64,000 nucleotides of DNA from Spirulina sp. (GTDB lineage: Bacteria > Cyanobacteriota > Cyanobacteriia > Phormidesmidales > Phormidesmidaceae), in NCBI GenBank assembly GCA_044070495.1, contig JBIPSI010000001.1:64001-128000 (forward strand), written 5' to 3'. The notes under the pieces are model-generated. The model made no database searches, was not told the DNA's origin, and saw nothing but the letters and a program-made list of their open reading frames with translations. Shown here one piece after another: positions 48,220 to 58,817 of this stretch. Position numbers and translations under genes: made by a program. Position 1 is the stretch's first letter; each line of letters opens with the position of its first letter.

Positions 48220-49428
48220 CTAGCTGACGGAACCGTTGACGCCTTCGATCAGGTAATCCATTTTTTCCAGTTCGATGTCTTCGATGGGGAGTCCTTTGCC
48301 AGCGGGCAGAATTTCCTTGCCATCGTTGGTGCTGAGGGGGCCGTTATAAATCACGAGCTGTCCCCCTTCAATGGCGGCTATGGCGGCATCGCCAGCGGCC
48401 TTTGCCTCATCGGTCACTGGAGCACCATAGGGGGAGAGCTTACAGAATTTATCCTTAAGGCCGCCCCGTAGAATGTGGGGAATGTCCCCAGCCATGAGGG
48501 TTTTGCCTGCCATGAACTGCTCGCCCAGGGAGGTGTAAATGCTCGACCAATCCCACTCTGCCCCGGTGAGGTAGCCCTTGGGAGCTAAGGGCCCTTGGTT
48601 AGCATGGTAACCAGAGGAGAAAATGCCCCGTCGCTCGGCGGTTTCCATCACCACCTTGGGGCTGTCTACGTGGCAGGTCACCACATCGACGCCCTGGTCG
48701 GCCATGCTGTTGGTGGCTTCGGCTTCTTTCACCGGAGCGGCCCAATCCCCCGTGAAAATGACTTGGGTGGTGGCATCGGGGTTAATGGAACGTGCCCCTA
48801 GGGTGAAGCTGTTGATGTTGCGGAGCACCTGGGGAATGGGCTTGGCCGCCACAAAGCCTAGCTTGCCCGACTTGGACATATGACCGGCAACGACACCAGC
48901 CACGTACTGGGCTTCATCGATATAGCCAAAGTAGCTGCCGACGTTGTTGGGATGGACACCCTCCTGGTACAGCCCACCGGCGTGGAAAAACTGCACATCA
49001 GGGAACTCCGCCGCCAGTTCCAAAATGTAGGGGTCGAAATAGCCAAAGGAGGTAGGGAAGAGCACCTTAGCCCCGTCAATTTCAATCATGCTACGCATGG
49101 CCTCGGCCACGGCGGTAGTTTCGGGCACGCTGGCCTCTTCCACCAGGCGAATACCGGGCACATTGGCCGCCATGGCGGCGGCCCCTTCAGCGTGGGCTTG
49201 GTTATAGCCAAAGTCATCCTTGGGGCCAACGTAGAGGAAGCCCACCACCAGATCCTCAACGGGGGCACTTCCGCCCCCCGCCTCTCCGGTTTCTCCGGTG
49301 CTAGGAGACTGGGCACAACTGGTACCAAACTTAGCCGTGAGACCAAAGGCAGAGGTGGCCAGCAGACCACGCATAACCTGACGACGAGATAGGGGCAGGG
49401 GACGACGGCGATCACTCATAGGGGGCAT
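48220..49428 (-). CDS. BMP family ABC substrate-binding lipoprotein (Tat signal)
   Basis: SRRQVMR Tat motif, Cys lipobox, YVGPKDDFGYNQAH, PTSFGY motifs. Confidence 0.9.
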   Translation of the reverse strand: MPPMSDRRRPLPLSRRQVMRGLLATSAFGLTAKFGTSCAQSPSTGETGEAGGGSAPVEDLVVGFLYVGPKDDFGYNQAHAEGAAAMAANVPGIRLVEEASVPETTAVAEAMRSMIEIDGAKVLFPTSFGYFDPYILELAAEFPDVQFFHAGGLYQEGVHPNNVGSYFGYIDEAQYVAGVVAGHMSKSGKLGFVAAKPIPQVLRNINSFTLGARSINPDATTQVIFTGDWAAPVKEAEATNSMADQGVDVVTCHVDSPKVVMETAERRGIFSSGYHANQGPLAPKGYLTGAEWDWSSIYTSLGEQFMAGKTLMAGDIPHILRGGLKDKFCKLSPYGAPVTDEAKAAGDAAIAAIEGGQLVIYNGPLSTNDGKEILPAGKGLPIEDIELEKMDYLIEGVNGSVS

Positions 49429-49571
49429 CTCTCAGGGATGGAACGATTGCAAGGGATGTGGCTTAAAACGCAATGACCTGGAACTCATGGAGTGAGAAAC
49501 TTCAAACGGGGCTAGACCCAGCCGAATATTTCCCATCGCTTTTCCCTTAAGAATTGGTAAAAGTTCTGGCT

Positions 49572-49594
49572 ATAGTTGTATCAAGGACAACTAT
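49572..49594. promoter_or_regulatory. Palindromic operator upstream of the BMP operon, NtcA-like
   Basis: ATAGTTGT-N7-ACAACTAT containing GTA-N8-AAC (one mismatch from GTA-N8-TAC). Confidence 0.45.
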
Positions 49595-49658
49595 TTAGCG
49601 GTTTGGCGGCCATTTTCCCTGTTTCCTTGCCCCCGCTGCCCATGCCCCAAGGCTTGCC

Positions 49659-50195
49659 CTAGCGAGGCTTAGCAAAGACCTGAACCCAGTAGGGCCGACC
49701 ACCGCCCTCGGCATAGCCCACTCCCAGTTCTTGGAAGTTGGGATTGAGAATGTTGCGGCGATGGCCAGCGCTGTTCATCCAGGATCGCATCACCGCTTCG
49801 GGGTTGGGTTGGCCCATAGCCACGTTTTCGCCAATGGCTGTCCAGCCGTAGCCGGTGTCATCAATGCGGGTGCGCATGGTAGACCCATCGGAACCCTGGT
49901 GGCTGAGGTTGCGGTTTGCGGCCATGTCGTCGGCTTGGCGCTGGGCGGCGGCGGCCAGTTTGTCATTCAGGCGCAGGGGCGCGACCCCAGCCCGCTGACG
50001 TTCGGCATTCACCAAGGTCAGCAGGGCATCGGGAATGGAAGCCTCGGCCTGGGTCAGCATGGGGCTGGGCGGATTGTCCATGGGTGTGTTTGCTGTGGCC
50101 GGACTGACCCCAGCAAGGCCAACTAAACTACCCGAAAGCAGCACCAAAATAAACCGATTCAGCCGTCCTGGCCGCTTCGATGGATGAGTCAGCAT
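49659..50195 (-). CDS. CAP (SCP) domain secreted protein
   Basis: LVNAER, LSHQG, GENVA, WMNSAGHRRNIL motifs. Confidence 0.92.
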   Translation of the reverse strand: MLTHPSKRPGRLNRFILVLLSGSLVGLAGVSPATANTPMDNPPSPMLTQAEASIPDALLTLVNAERQRAGVAPLRLNDKLAAAAQRQADDMAANRNLSHQGSDGSTMRTRIDDTGYGWTAIGENVAMGQPNPEAVMRSWMNSAGHRRNILNPNFQELGVGYAEGGGRPYWVQVFAKPR

Positions 50196-50316
50196 GGATT
50201 GTCTTCTCCGTCCTAGAACGCATCAACGAAACCGATACCTGGGGGCCACCGATCAGCGGGTCGAAACCCATACCCCGAAACCAATCTCCCCCCGGTTCTC
50301 CCTAGTTTAACGAAGC

Positions 50317-51186
50317 CTAGCGGGGATACTTAACCATCAGCCGCTGCACTTCCTCGGCATGGTAGGAACTGCGGGTGAGGGGCGAAGACACCACCTGCAA
50401 GAAGCCCTTGGCCTCGCCCACCTCGCGCCAGGTGTTGAACTGCTTTGGGGTGATGAAATCGACCACGGGCAGGTGCTTGGGGCCAGGTTGCAGGTACTGC
50501 CCCAGGGTGAGAATGTCGCAGTCCACCGCCCGCAGGTCGTCCATCACCTGCTGTACTTCGGCGTCGGTTTCCCCCAAGCCCGCCATCAGGCCAGATTTGG
50601 TATACACCGAGGGGGCCATTTCACGGGTGCGGCGCAGCAGTTCCAAAGACCGTTCATAATTGCCCTGGGGCCGTACGCGACGGTAGAGCCGGGGTACGGT
50701 TTCGGTGTTGTGGTTCAGCACTTCAGGCTTAGCATCCAGAATGGTTGCCAGGGCGTCCCAGTTGCTGCAGAGATCGGGAATCAGTACCTCAATGGTGGTT
50801 TTGGGCGACTCCCGCCGCACCGCTTCGATGCAGGCGACAAACTGGCTGGCCCCACCATCGGCTAAGTCGTCCCGGTTGACGGAGGTAATCACCACATGGC
50901 TGAGGCCCATGCGCCTCACCGATTCCGCCAGCCGCAGGGGTTCTGTGGGGTCGAGGGCCTGGGGTTTCTTTTCAAAATCAATGTCGCAGTAGGGGCAGGC
51001 ACGGGTGCAGGCTGGCCCCATAATCAAAAAAGTGGCTGTTCCGGCCTTGAAGCATTCGCCAATGTTGGGGCAGGAGGCCTCTTCACACACGGTATTGAGG
51101 CCCAGATCTTGCAGAATCGCCTTCACCGCGCCCACCCGCTCCCACTGGGGAGCCTTTACCCGTAACCAGTCTGGTTTTACCGCCAC
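50317..51186 (-). CDS. lipA: Lipoyl synthase
   Basis: [12 protein letters not shown] and CTRACPYC motifs, RSSYHA. Confidence 0.97.
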   Translation of the reverse strand: MAVKPDWLRVKAPQWERVGAVKAILQDLGLNTVCEEASCPNIGECFKAGTATFLIMGPACTRACPYCDIDFEKKPQALDPTEPLRLAESVRRMGLSHVVITSVNRDDLADGGASQFVACIEAVRRESPKTTIEVLIPDLCSNWDALATILDAKPEVLNHNTETVPRLYRRVRPQGNYERSLELLRRTREMAPSVYTKSGLMAGLGETDAEVQQVMDDLRAVDCDILTLGQYLQPGPKHLPVVDFITPKQFNTWREVGEAKGFLQVVSSPLTRSSYHAEEVQRLMVKYPR

Positions 51187-51348
51187 AGTCTTACCCTACA
51201 CATACTCGGAAATTTATCATAGCAAGCCGTCGATGCCTGTGCTGAGGGATCGGGCGATGGGGATTGAATACTGAGAATTGAGGATGATTAAGGGTTAGGC
51301 AATCAAGCGCTGGAAGTTGGTGACCTGATTGTCTGACAGGTTTCTAAA

Positions 51349-51433
51349 GTAGGTTGGGTGCAGCAGAGCGGAACCCAACACCCGCCGAGGATTTTGGGAT
51401 TGTTGGGTTCTGCTATCGCGCCGCCCAACCTAC
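51349..51433. repeat. REPIN-like doublet (copy 2, inverted relative to 24489-24573)
   Basis: Same 85-bp length and closely similar sequence in reverse complement. Confidence 0.85.
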
Positions 51434-51567
51434 GAGAGATCCGTTGTTTGGAATATCTCCGGGTGGGCTGGTGGCCGCGAATGCAGCCTACAGGGGAGGA
51501 TGGGGGGATCGGGCTTTGAGGGATCGGGGTATCCTAGAATCAAGCGCTGGTGTGGGTTTAGGGCAGG

Positions 51568-52146
51568 ATGGAGAAGCCATCTCCAGTACGGCGATGTTTG
51601 GTGTTGATCTGCTATGCGGCGGCGGGGCTGCTGGCGGCGGGGGCTTGGCGCGACCATCAATATCCCAACGGCTGGCACTTGGACGCAGCCTTTCGGCCCA
51701 TGCGGCTGCACCGGATGATGCCGCCCCTGCTCCAGGCTCCAGAGGGTTTGCTAACGGCCAATACCCGCATCGAGATATCCCTCCAGGCCCGCGAAATTCG
51801 GCTGTATCAAAACGATCAGGTGATCATGCAGGCTCCGGTGGCGGTGGGCCAAGACGATTGGCAGACCCCCATCGGTGAGTTTGCGGTGCGGGATATGCGG
51901 GTCAACCCCGTGTGGCGGCATCCCATCACCCAAGAACCCGTTGGCCCAGGGCCAAGCAACCCCCTCGGCTCCCGCTGGATTGGCTTTTTGGTGGAGGGGG
52001 AATACCACATCGGCATCCACGGCACCAACCAGGAAAACCTGATTGGTGCAGCGGTGTCCCATGGCTGTGTGCGCATGATGGAGCGAGATATTCAGTCGCT
52101 CTACAGCCACATCCAACTGGGCACCCCCGTGGTCGTCAAACCCTAG
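51568..52146 (+). CDS. L,D-transpeptidase (YkuD family)
   Basis: TPIGEF, NPLGSRWIG, IGIHGT...SHGCVRM motifs. Confidence 0.92.
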   Translation: MEKPSPVRRCLVLICYAAAGLLAAGAWRDHQYPNGWHLDAAFRPMRLHRMMPPLLQAPEGLLTANTRIEISLQAREIRLYQNDQVIMQAPVAVGQDDWQTPIGEFAVRDMRVNPVWRHPITQEPVGPGPSNPLGSRWIGFLVEGEYHIGIHGTNQENLIGAAVSHGCVRMMERDIQSLYSHIQLGTPVVVKP

Positions 52147-52167
52147 GGTTTCAGGGGCTAGGCCACC

Positions 52168-53226
52168 CTAGGCCGATACCCCCACCTCAACCTCGGTGTT
52201 GGCATTGGCGACAGACGCGCCATTCATGGCCTGCCAGGGTTTGCCATCGAGGGCCATCTGTTCAATCATGCTGGCTAGGCGCAGGGCTTTGAGGGCCTGT
52301 TCGCCCCCTACCGAGGGCTGTTCGCCACCGCGCACACAGTTAATAAAGTGCTCTAGCTCGGCGTGGAGCGGCTCAATGTTGCTGGTGTAGACCTTTTCAA
52401 TTAGGCCATCCTGGCGGTAGAGCACCTGCCCGTAGTCGCTGGAGCAATCGGCGATGGTTTGGCGGTGGATCAGTATCTCGTTGTTGAGGAAATCGGCCTC
52501 GGTTAGCGAGTTTTTGCAGTGGGCCATGATGGTGCGAATTTTGCGGTGGGTCACCTTGCTGGCGGTGAGGGTAGCCACAATGCCGTTGCTAAAGCCCAGG
52601 GTGGCGGTCACATAGTCGAGGTAGTCGGAGTGGGTGATGCGGCCCCCGCTGGCGGTGAGGGTAGACACCTCGGCCCCCGCCAGTTCTAGCAGCAGATCAA
52701 TGTCGTGGATCATCAGATCCAGCACCACCGACACATCGTTGGCCCGCTGGGAGTAGGGGCTCATGCGACGGGCCTCTAGGGCCAGCAGTTCCTCGGTTTT
52801 GAGCACCTTATGGAGTTCTTGGAAAGCGGGATTAAACCGCTCGATGTGGCCCACCTGCAAAATGCAATTCGTGGCGGCGGCGGCGTTGACTAGGGATTCG
52901 GCCTCGGCAATGCTGGCGGCGATGGGTTTTTCAATTAGCACATGCACCCCCGCCTGGAGGCAGGCCATCCCCACCGCATGGTGCAGCCGAGTGGGCACCG
53001 CCACACACACCGCATCCACATGCTGAATCAGGTCTTGGTAATCCTCAAAAAACCGCACCCGATATTTCCCGGCGGTATCTAGGCCCCGCTCCACATTCAC
53101 ATCGGAAATCCCGACCAGCTCTACATCCTTGAAACGACTAAGCACACGGGTATGATGTTGGCCCATGTTGCCCACACCAATAACACCAACACGAAGCGGA
53201 TCGGGTAGATTGCGGGGTAAAGTCAT
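52168..53226 (-). CDS. Gfo/Idh/MocA family oxidoreductase
   Basis: GVIGVGNMG, EKP, GHIERFNPA, DLMIHDID motifs. Confidence 0.92.
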   Translation of the reverse strand: MTLPRNLPDPLRVGVIGVGNMGQHHTRVLSRFKDVELVGISDVNVERGLDTAGKYRVRFFEDYQDLIQHVDAVCVAVPTRLHHAVGMACLQAGVHVLIEKPIAASIAEAESLVNAAAATNCILQVGHIERFNPAFQELHKVLKTEELLALEARRMSPYSQRANDVSVVLDLMIHDIDLLLELAGAEVSTLTASGGRITHSDYLDYVTATLGFSNGIVATLTASKVTHRKIRTIMAHCKNSLTEADFLNNEILIHRQTIADCSSDYGQVLYRQDGLIEKVYTSNIEPLHAELEHFINCVRGGEQPSVGGEQALKALRLASMIEQMALDGKPWQAMNGASVANANTEVEVGVSA

Positions 53227-53630
53227 AGCTAGGGCAAGGGTGAAGTTAGGGTAAATCGTCCTGAGTTGTTTAGCTAGGTGGCTAAACCAGTTGTCCCTAC
53301 GGCAGAGGGGCCAAACATCTGGAGGGAATGGGACTAGGCAGAAATCATCCAGATACTATCACAATGCTTCAACTCGTGAAGATTCATAACGAAAGTTGAA
53401 AATCTCCGGTCAAGGGAATTTGCAACCCCTAGCAAGCTGAAGGATTACCCCCCTGTCCCGGGGGCAGGCCTTGGGGCAACGCCATTGGCCCAAGGTCACC
53501 GGAAAACGGCGATGAACAACACCCCCAGCGTAGGGAAAGGGGGCGTCAGCGGTGCTTAATCTGTGTCAGTTTATGAGGTGGCCCTAGTTATGAGGTGACC
53601 CTAGGCCCCCATCCGTCCATCGGCAGCGGC

Positions 53631-55016
53631 TTAGGTCAGGGGGTCGAGGGTGCGGACGAGGATTTCCTCTAGCCGTGGCCCCTGGGTGGAGAGAATGCGC
53701 CATTCCCGTCCGGCGTAGATCAGGCTTTCCCCTTCGTGGGGGATCTTCTGCATTCGATAGATCAAAAAACCGCCCAGGGTTTGGTAATCGTCGCTGTAGG
53801 GAAGCTCCAACCCCAGCAGTTGATTGACATCGTAGAGATCGGCCTGGGCCTTGACCCGGTAGGACTGGGCATCTAGGCGCTGCACCAGGGCATCGTCTCC
53901 CCCATCGGGGGGATGCACATCGCCAATGATTTCCGTGGTCAGATCTCGCAGGGTGAGCAGTCCGGCGGTGCCGCCAAATTCGTCCACCACCATCACCAGT
54001 TCGTGGCCCGTGCGCTGCATGGTGGCCAAAATTTCGTGGAGGGGGGTGTATTCCGGCACGAAGCGGGCGGGTTTGATCCATGGCTGAAGCGGGGTTTCGG
54101 GGGTAAGCGCCTGCTGGGCAAGGGGCTGGAGCAAATGCTTGAGATCGACCATGCCCTGAATGTCGTCGAGGGAGTCGCCCATGATGGGGTAACGGGAATG
54201 CTCGGTGGTCGCCATGGCCTCCAGCAGGTCGCCAAAGCAGGCGGACAGGGGCAGGGCGTGAATTTGGGTGCGGGGCACCATAATTTCCCCGGCGGTGACA
54301 TCCCGAAATTCAAACACATTGTTCAGCAATTCCCGCTCCTCCGCATCCAGGCCAGGGGTTTCGGTGGTGGTACGGATGATGAGCTGCAATTCCTCCGGCG
54401 TCAGGCGGCTATAGCCAAACTGATCGCTATATTCAATGCGTACCAGCCGCAGCAGCAGGCGGGTGGATTGGTTCAAAATCCAAATGAAGGGATTGAACAG
54501 GCGGGCAATGGTGAGGCTGGGCGGCCCTAGGAAGCGAGCAAGCTGTTCTGGGTAGAGCATCGCCACCGATTTGGGACAGAGTTCCCCCAGCACAATTTGC
54601 AGGTAGGCCACCCCAAAAAACGCCACCGGAATCGCCAGGGTGTGGGCCAGGGCTTCCCCCTGTCCGTGGGTGAGGGGGGTTTGGGCCAAGCCGTAGGCCA
54701 CGATTACCGCCATGGTGCCTTCCCCAATCCAGCCGAGGGCTAAGCTGGACAGGGTGATGCCGAGTTGGGTGGTCGAAAGCAGGCGATCCAGGCTGCGCTG
54801 GAGTTGCTGCACCGTTTTGGCCTGGACATCTCCCTGGGCCACCAGTTGGCTAATCCGCGACCGCCGCACCGACACAATGGAAAACTCAGCGGCCACAAAA
54901 AAGGCATTGATACCAATCAGTAGAAACACCGCCATCAGCCGAGAGATCACCGCCGCAACGGGCAGGGTGTCGGGAATGACTAGGCTGAGAATAAGGATGG
55001 AGAAAGAAAGGTGCAT
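53631..55016 (-). CDS. Hemolysin-like CNNM/CBS/CorC transporter-associated protein
   Basis: NAFFVAAEF, QLGITLSSL, MVPR, VDEFGGTAG, TLGG motifs. Confidence 0.92.
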   Translation of the reverse strand: MHLSFSILILSLVIPDTLPVAAVISRLMAVFLLIGINAFFVAAEFSIVSVRRSRISQLVAQGDVQAKTVQQLQRSLDRLLSTTQLGITLSSLALGWIGEGTMAVIVAYGLAQTPLTHGQGEALAHTLAIPVAFFGVAYLQIVLGELCPKSVAMLYPEQLARFLGPPSLTIARLFNPFIWILNQSTRLLLRLVRIEYSDQFGYSRLTPEELQLIIRTTTETPGLDAEERELLNNVFEFRDVTAGEIMVPRTQIHALPLSACFGDLLEAMATTEHSRYPIMGDSLDDIQGMVDLKHLLQPLAQQALTPETPLQPWIKPARFVPEYTPLHEILATMQRTGHELVMVVDEFGGTAGLLTLRDLTTEIIGDVHPPDGGDDALVQRLDAQSYRVKAQADLYDVNQLLGLELPYSDDYQTLGGFLIYRMQKIPHEGESLIYAGREWRILSTQGPRLEEILVRTLDPLT

Positions 55017-55067
55017 AGGGTAACAGAGCCCTAGGGTGCTCCTCCAGGGGAGCCGTCGCCCACGGGC

Positions 55068-55319
55068 CTACTGAACTCCACCATTAATACGGGCCTTCAC
55101 CTGATCCAGAATCTCTGCCTCGCTGGCAAACACGGCTTCCCCAGAGTTGTTAGCGTTGGCCTCGCGGCTGATGGGCGTACCGCTGGTGGGTCGGGCGTCG
55201 GGTTGTCGAATACCAGTTAGCGCCTGACGCCCCAGCGTAAACCCCCAGGAGGCACTGACGACACCAGCCCCCATCATGAGCGACAGTAAAATCAGCGTAA
55301 ACGCAACGGCGGGGTTCAT
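55068..55319 (-). CDS. Conserved hypothetical membrane-anchored protein
   Basis: TM segment then GRQALTGIRQPD..P; typical cyanobacterial small protein. Confidence 0.75.
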   Translation of the reverse strand: MNPAVAFTLILLSLMMGAGVVSASWGFTLGRQALTGIRQPDARPTSGTPISREANANNSGEAVFASEAEILDQVKARINGGVQ

Positions 55320-55583
55320 AGGATTGTCTGGTTAGGAGAACAGCTACAACAACTGGGATGCCCCAAAGGTTTTGGTCTCATGCCTTGCAACTAACCAATC
55401 CTATGGGGTAATGGCTCGGTTAGGATGCTTATTTTAGCAACATCTCCCTGAGCCGGAACGACAATTCTGCAACCGGCCTACACCGAGGATCCATGTTCAG
55501 GAACGATAAAATTTAAAAAACCTAAAAAGCTCCCTCAAAAATCGAGCGCTTCCCTGAACAACGCCCTACAATAGGGTCAACTC

Positions 55584-55656
55584 CCAGGGTTGGCCGAGCG
55601 GATGAGGCAGCGAACTCATAATTCGCCTTAGGCAGGTTCAACTCCTGCACCCTGGA
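55584..55656 (+). tRNA. tRNA with CAU anticodon (probably tRNA-Ile2; tRNA-Met not excluded)
   Basis: CCAGGGT/ACCCTGG acceptor stem, GCGAA-CTCATAA-TTCGC anticodon arm, GGTTCAACTCC T-arm. Confidence 0.92.
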
Positions 55657-55688
55657 TTACCGCCACCAAATCACCGCCACCTCCCTTA

Positions 55689-55819
55689 GAGAACGTGTGA
55701 AAAGCTGAAGCATGTCCCAAGTTGTACCGATGAGGTCAGCCTCAGTCGTCAAAAATCCCGTAGATTTGCACCGATCTAGCGACCAACCGCACCTGAAGCA
55801 AGCCTTTTCAAACGCCCTC
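55689..55819. mobile_element. 131-bp MITE (copy A), IS5/IS1031-like ends, TTA target duplication
   Basis: GAGAACGTGTGAAAAG ... CTTTTCAAACGCCCTC flanked by TTA/TTA. Confidence 0.85.
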
Positions 55820-56035
55820 TTAAGGAAATCCTATAAAGAAATCCTACTCAGCTCCGTAGCTGACTGACCTCAGTTTGGGATTAGCCAAGCATTGCAATCA
55901 AACACGGCAATGAGGTTATGTAAAAACCACCCTTCCCATGACACTGGGGACGGGTGGCTAAGGTGACGGTGAACCCCAAGCAACAAAAACATCGCACTCG
56001 GTTTTCTCACCAGCGATGAACAGCAGCAAACAAAC

Positions 56036-56446
56036 CTAGAAGCGCTCGAAGATGAACTCCGTACCCACCAGGGGAAGCTGGCTGCTGGGAGTCGTGAGCA
56101 GAGAAGAGGTGTAGGGAGTGGCCAAGTCGGGAACCCGCAGGGTGGGGTCAACGGTGTTTTGCAGACGCATGAGTTCTCGGAATGCGGTGGTGGTGGCGTT
56201 GGCATCCCACTCTAGCTCGCGTTCGGGGAACCCAAACCCGACAATCCGTGCGCCCTGGCGGCTAATGGTGCGGTTGCTAAAAAAGTCGCCCGAATAGGTG
56301 GACATCAGATCGTTGAAGGCATCGGGGATGGTGGGTAAATCAGTGGTTGGCCCGTCTTGGGCCATTGCGGCGGGCGCAAGCGTCAGCGTTGCAGCGAACA
56401 AACCTAGTAGACCAGAAATTTGCGCTAGTCGAATGGTCATGGCCAC
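56036..56446 (-). CDS. Conserved hypothetical secreted protein
   Basis: Signal peptide AMA-Q; DFFSNR, FPE, DPTLRVPDL.TPY..SL motifs. Confidence 0.75.
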   Translation of the reverse strand: MAMTIRLAQISGLLGLFAATLTLAPAAMAQDGPTTDLPTIPDAFNDLMSTYSGDFFSNRTISRQGARIVGFGFPERELEWDANATTTAFRELMRLQNTVDPTLRVPDLATPYTSSLLTTPSSQLPLVGTEFIFERF

Positions 56447-56542
56447 GCCTCCTCAAAACCCTACAAACAGTCCTTCATCCCCTTTATATCGCACAGGCTG
56501 AAAAGCGGCACAGATTTTCCGCCCAATTCGGATGTCGTATTG

Positions 56543-56606
56543 TTACGGTAAATGCCTGATTACGGTAAATGCCTGGTTATGGTGAATAACGGGTTCACGG
56601 TAATAA
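56543..56606. repeat. 17-bp period direct repeats in the divergent promoter region
   Basis: TTACGGTAAATGCCTG x2 exact plus two degenerate copies. Confidence 0.7.
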
Positions 56607-56688
56607 TCCTTGCGCTCCACAGGTCACAGGGCACGAACCCGTCCTATGCTTAATCTTGCTTAGCTAAATTATTGAACTGTCCGACGGC

Positions 56689-57303
56689 ATGACTGAGTTT
56701 TCCTCCCAATACAACGGCCCAGATCTCGTTCAGATGGACGAAGTGGCCCTGCGCCTCGCCTTGCTTGACCTGATTTGCCAGGGAGCCTACCAGGAGGGGG
56801 ATTTTGTCCTCACCTCTGGGCAGCGCAGCACCTACTACATCAACGGCAAGTTAGTCACCCTCCATCCCCAGGGGGCGCTGATGCTGGGGCGGCTGATGCT
56901 GGCGCAGGTTGGCCCAGCGGTGACGGGGGTGGCGGGGCTAACCCTGGGGGCCGATCCCATGGTGTCCGCCGTGAGCCTAGTGGCGATGTATGGCGGGCGG
57001 CAACTGTTTCCGTTGATTATCCGCAAGGAGGCCAAGGGCCACGGCACCAAAGCCTACATTGAAGGGGTGAGCCTGCAGGCAGGCAGTGTGATCACCGTGC
57101 TGGAGGACGTGGTCACCACCGGGCAATCGGCCCTGAAGGCGGTGGATCGGCTCCAGGCGGCGGGTTATCAGGTGGATCAAATCCTGGCCCTGGTGGATCG
57201 GCAGCAGGGTGGGGCAGAACTCTATGCCGAACGGGGGCTTGCCTTTACGGCCTTGTTTAGCCTGCCCGAAATCCAAGCCCACTGGGCCAGCCGGAACGCC
57301 TAG
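56689..57303 (+). CDS. pyrE: Orotate phosphoribosyltransferase
   Basis: F.LTSGQRSTYY, RKEAKGHG, VLEDVVTTGQS motifs. Confidence 0.95.
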   Translation: MTEFSSQYNGPDLVQMDEVALRLALLDLICQGAYQEGDFVLTSGQRSTYYINGKLVTLHPQGALMLGRLMLAQVGPAVTGVAGLTLGADPMVSAVSLVAMYGGRQLFPLIIRKEAKGHGTKAYIEGVSLQAGSVITVLEDVVTTGQSALKAVDRLQAAGYQVDQILALVDRQQGGAELYAERGLAFTALFSLPEIQAHWASRNA

Positions 57304-57306
57304 GCC

Positions 57307-57780
57307 ATGGCTCACCCCCGTCCTGACATTGCCTTTATCCCCACCCCGCCCGATGCCGTGGCGGCGATGCTGGCTCTGGCCGAACTTACCCCAGCGGATC
57401 GGGTCTACGATCTGGGCTGTGGCGATGGTCGGCTGCTGATTCAGGCGGCCTCGGTCTACGGCGTTAGCGGCGTGGGTATGGATATCAACCCCGACCTCTT
57501 GGCCCAGGCGCGACTCGATGCCCAGGCGGCGGGGGTGGGGGATCGGCTCACCTTCCTCCAGGGCAACCTGTTTGAGTGCGATGTGCGGCAGGCAACGGTG
57601 GTGTTGATCTATCTTCTCCCCCACCTCAATCTGAGGTTGCGCCCCCACCTACTCAGCCAGCTTCAGCCCGCTGCCCGGATCATCTCCCACCAGTTTGATA
57701 TGGGCGACTGGCTACCGGAGGCCGTGGTCAAACTAGAACCCTCCGAAGAGGACTCGGTGCTTTACCGCTGGCGGATCTAG
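57307..57780 (+). CDS. Class I SAM-dependent methyltransferase
   Basis: YDLGCGDGR, ATVVLIYLLP, SHQFDMGDW motifs. Confidence 0.9.
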   Translation: MAHPRPDIAFIPTPPDAVAAMLALAELTPADRVYDLGCGDGRLLIQAASVYGVSGVGMDINPDLLAQARLDAQAAGVGDRLTFLQGNLFECDVRQATVVLIYLLPHLNLRLRPHLLSQLQPAARIISHQFDMGDWLPEAVVKLEPSEEDSVLYRWRI

Positions 57781-58817
57781 GCCGCAGACTTTTGGGCCAC
57801 CCAGTACTTGCTCATAAAGTGGATTTGGTTGCTGACAGAGGCAAATCCGGCCTCGGTGAGTCGTTGATTGAGGTCGTCGGTGGTGTAGTGGCGGTAGTAG
57901 GGTTCGTGGAACATGGCCGGGAAGTTGTCCATCATCACCTCAAATTCGGGGGAATCGAGCCGCTGAATGGAGTCGCAGATGATGAAGGTGCCCCCCGGTT
58001 TAACCACCCGATAGGCTTCGTTGATCACGTTCTGGCGGGCCTCGGCGGGTAGCTCGTGGAACAGAAAGACGCTGACCACGGCATCAAAATACTCACCCAC
58101 AAAGGGTAGGTCTTCGCCGTTGGCCTGCACCAGTTGGGGCAGCACCCCCGGTTTAGCAGACAGCAGGCCGTTGGCCTTTCGCAGGTAAGCCGGGGACAAA
58201 TCCACCCCGTACAGCGATGCCTGGGGCAGGGTGTCGCGGATCATGCTGAGGGTGCGCCCGGTACCGCAGGCAATGTCGAGGATCTTGGCCTTGGGGTTGG
58301 CCAAGCTGGCCTTGAGGGGCGGCAGGATGCGTCGCCGCATGGGGTCGGCGGTGCCATTGAAGAGCAGTTCCACCTGGAGGTCGTAGAGGTTGGCCGACAT
58401 ATCACTGAGATAGCCGTTGGTTTGGTGGTGGAAGTTTTGCAGGTAGTACTTGGGGTAGCCGGAGGTGTCGATGTCGGCATCGAAGCTGTGGTAGTTGCGG
58501 CGATTCACCCGTTCCCAGATGCCGGGTAGGTCTAGGCACACCAGGGGATAAAACCGGAAAAACTCGTCCCAGGGGTTATCAAACAACAGTTCCTTGGGGT
58601 AAACCCCGGCCTCCGCATCGGCCCAATCCTGCTCTAACAGATCATTAATCCGCCGCTGAAGCAATTGAAGGGTGTCAAGGCCAGGATCCTGCACCTTCAC
58701 CTGGGGCGGGTTGATGGCTCGCATCAGTCGTCCGCTGAGGGATTTGTGGGTGACTCCAAAAACGCTTTTTCCCTGCTGGAAGGTTTGGTAGGCCAGCTTC
58801 GTGATTGTGTCGGGCAT
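57777..58817 (-). CDS. Class I SAM-dependent methyltransferase
   Basis: YPKYYLQNFHHQTNGYLS, ILDIACGTG, FLFHELP; start set at MPDTITKL. Confidence 0.9.
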   Translation of the reverse strand: MPDTITKLAYQTFQQGKSVFGVTHKSLSGRLMRAINPPQVKVQDPGLDTLQLLQRRINDLLEQDWADAEAGVYPKELLFDNPWDEFFRFYPLVCLDLPGIWERVNRRNYHSFDADIDTSGYPKYYLQNFHHQTNGYLSDMSANLYDLQVELLFNGTADPMRRRILPPLKASLANPKAKILDIACGTGRTLSMIRDTLPQASLYGVDLSPAYLRKANGLLSAKPGVLPQLVQANGEDLPFVGEYFDAVVSVFLFHELPAEARQNVINEAYRVVKPGGTFIICDSIQRLDSPEFEVMMDNFPAMFHEPYYRHYTTDDLNQRLTEAGFASVSNQIHFMSKYWVAQKSAA

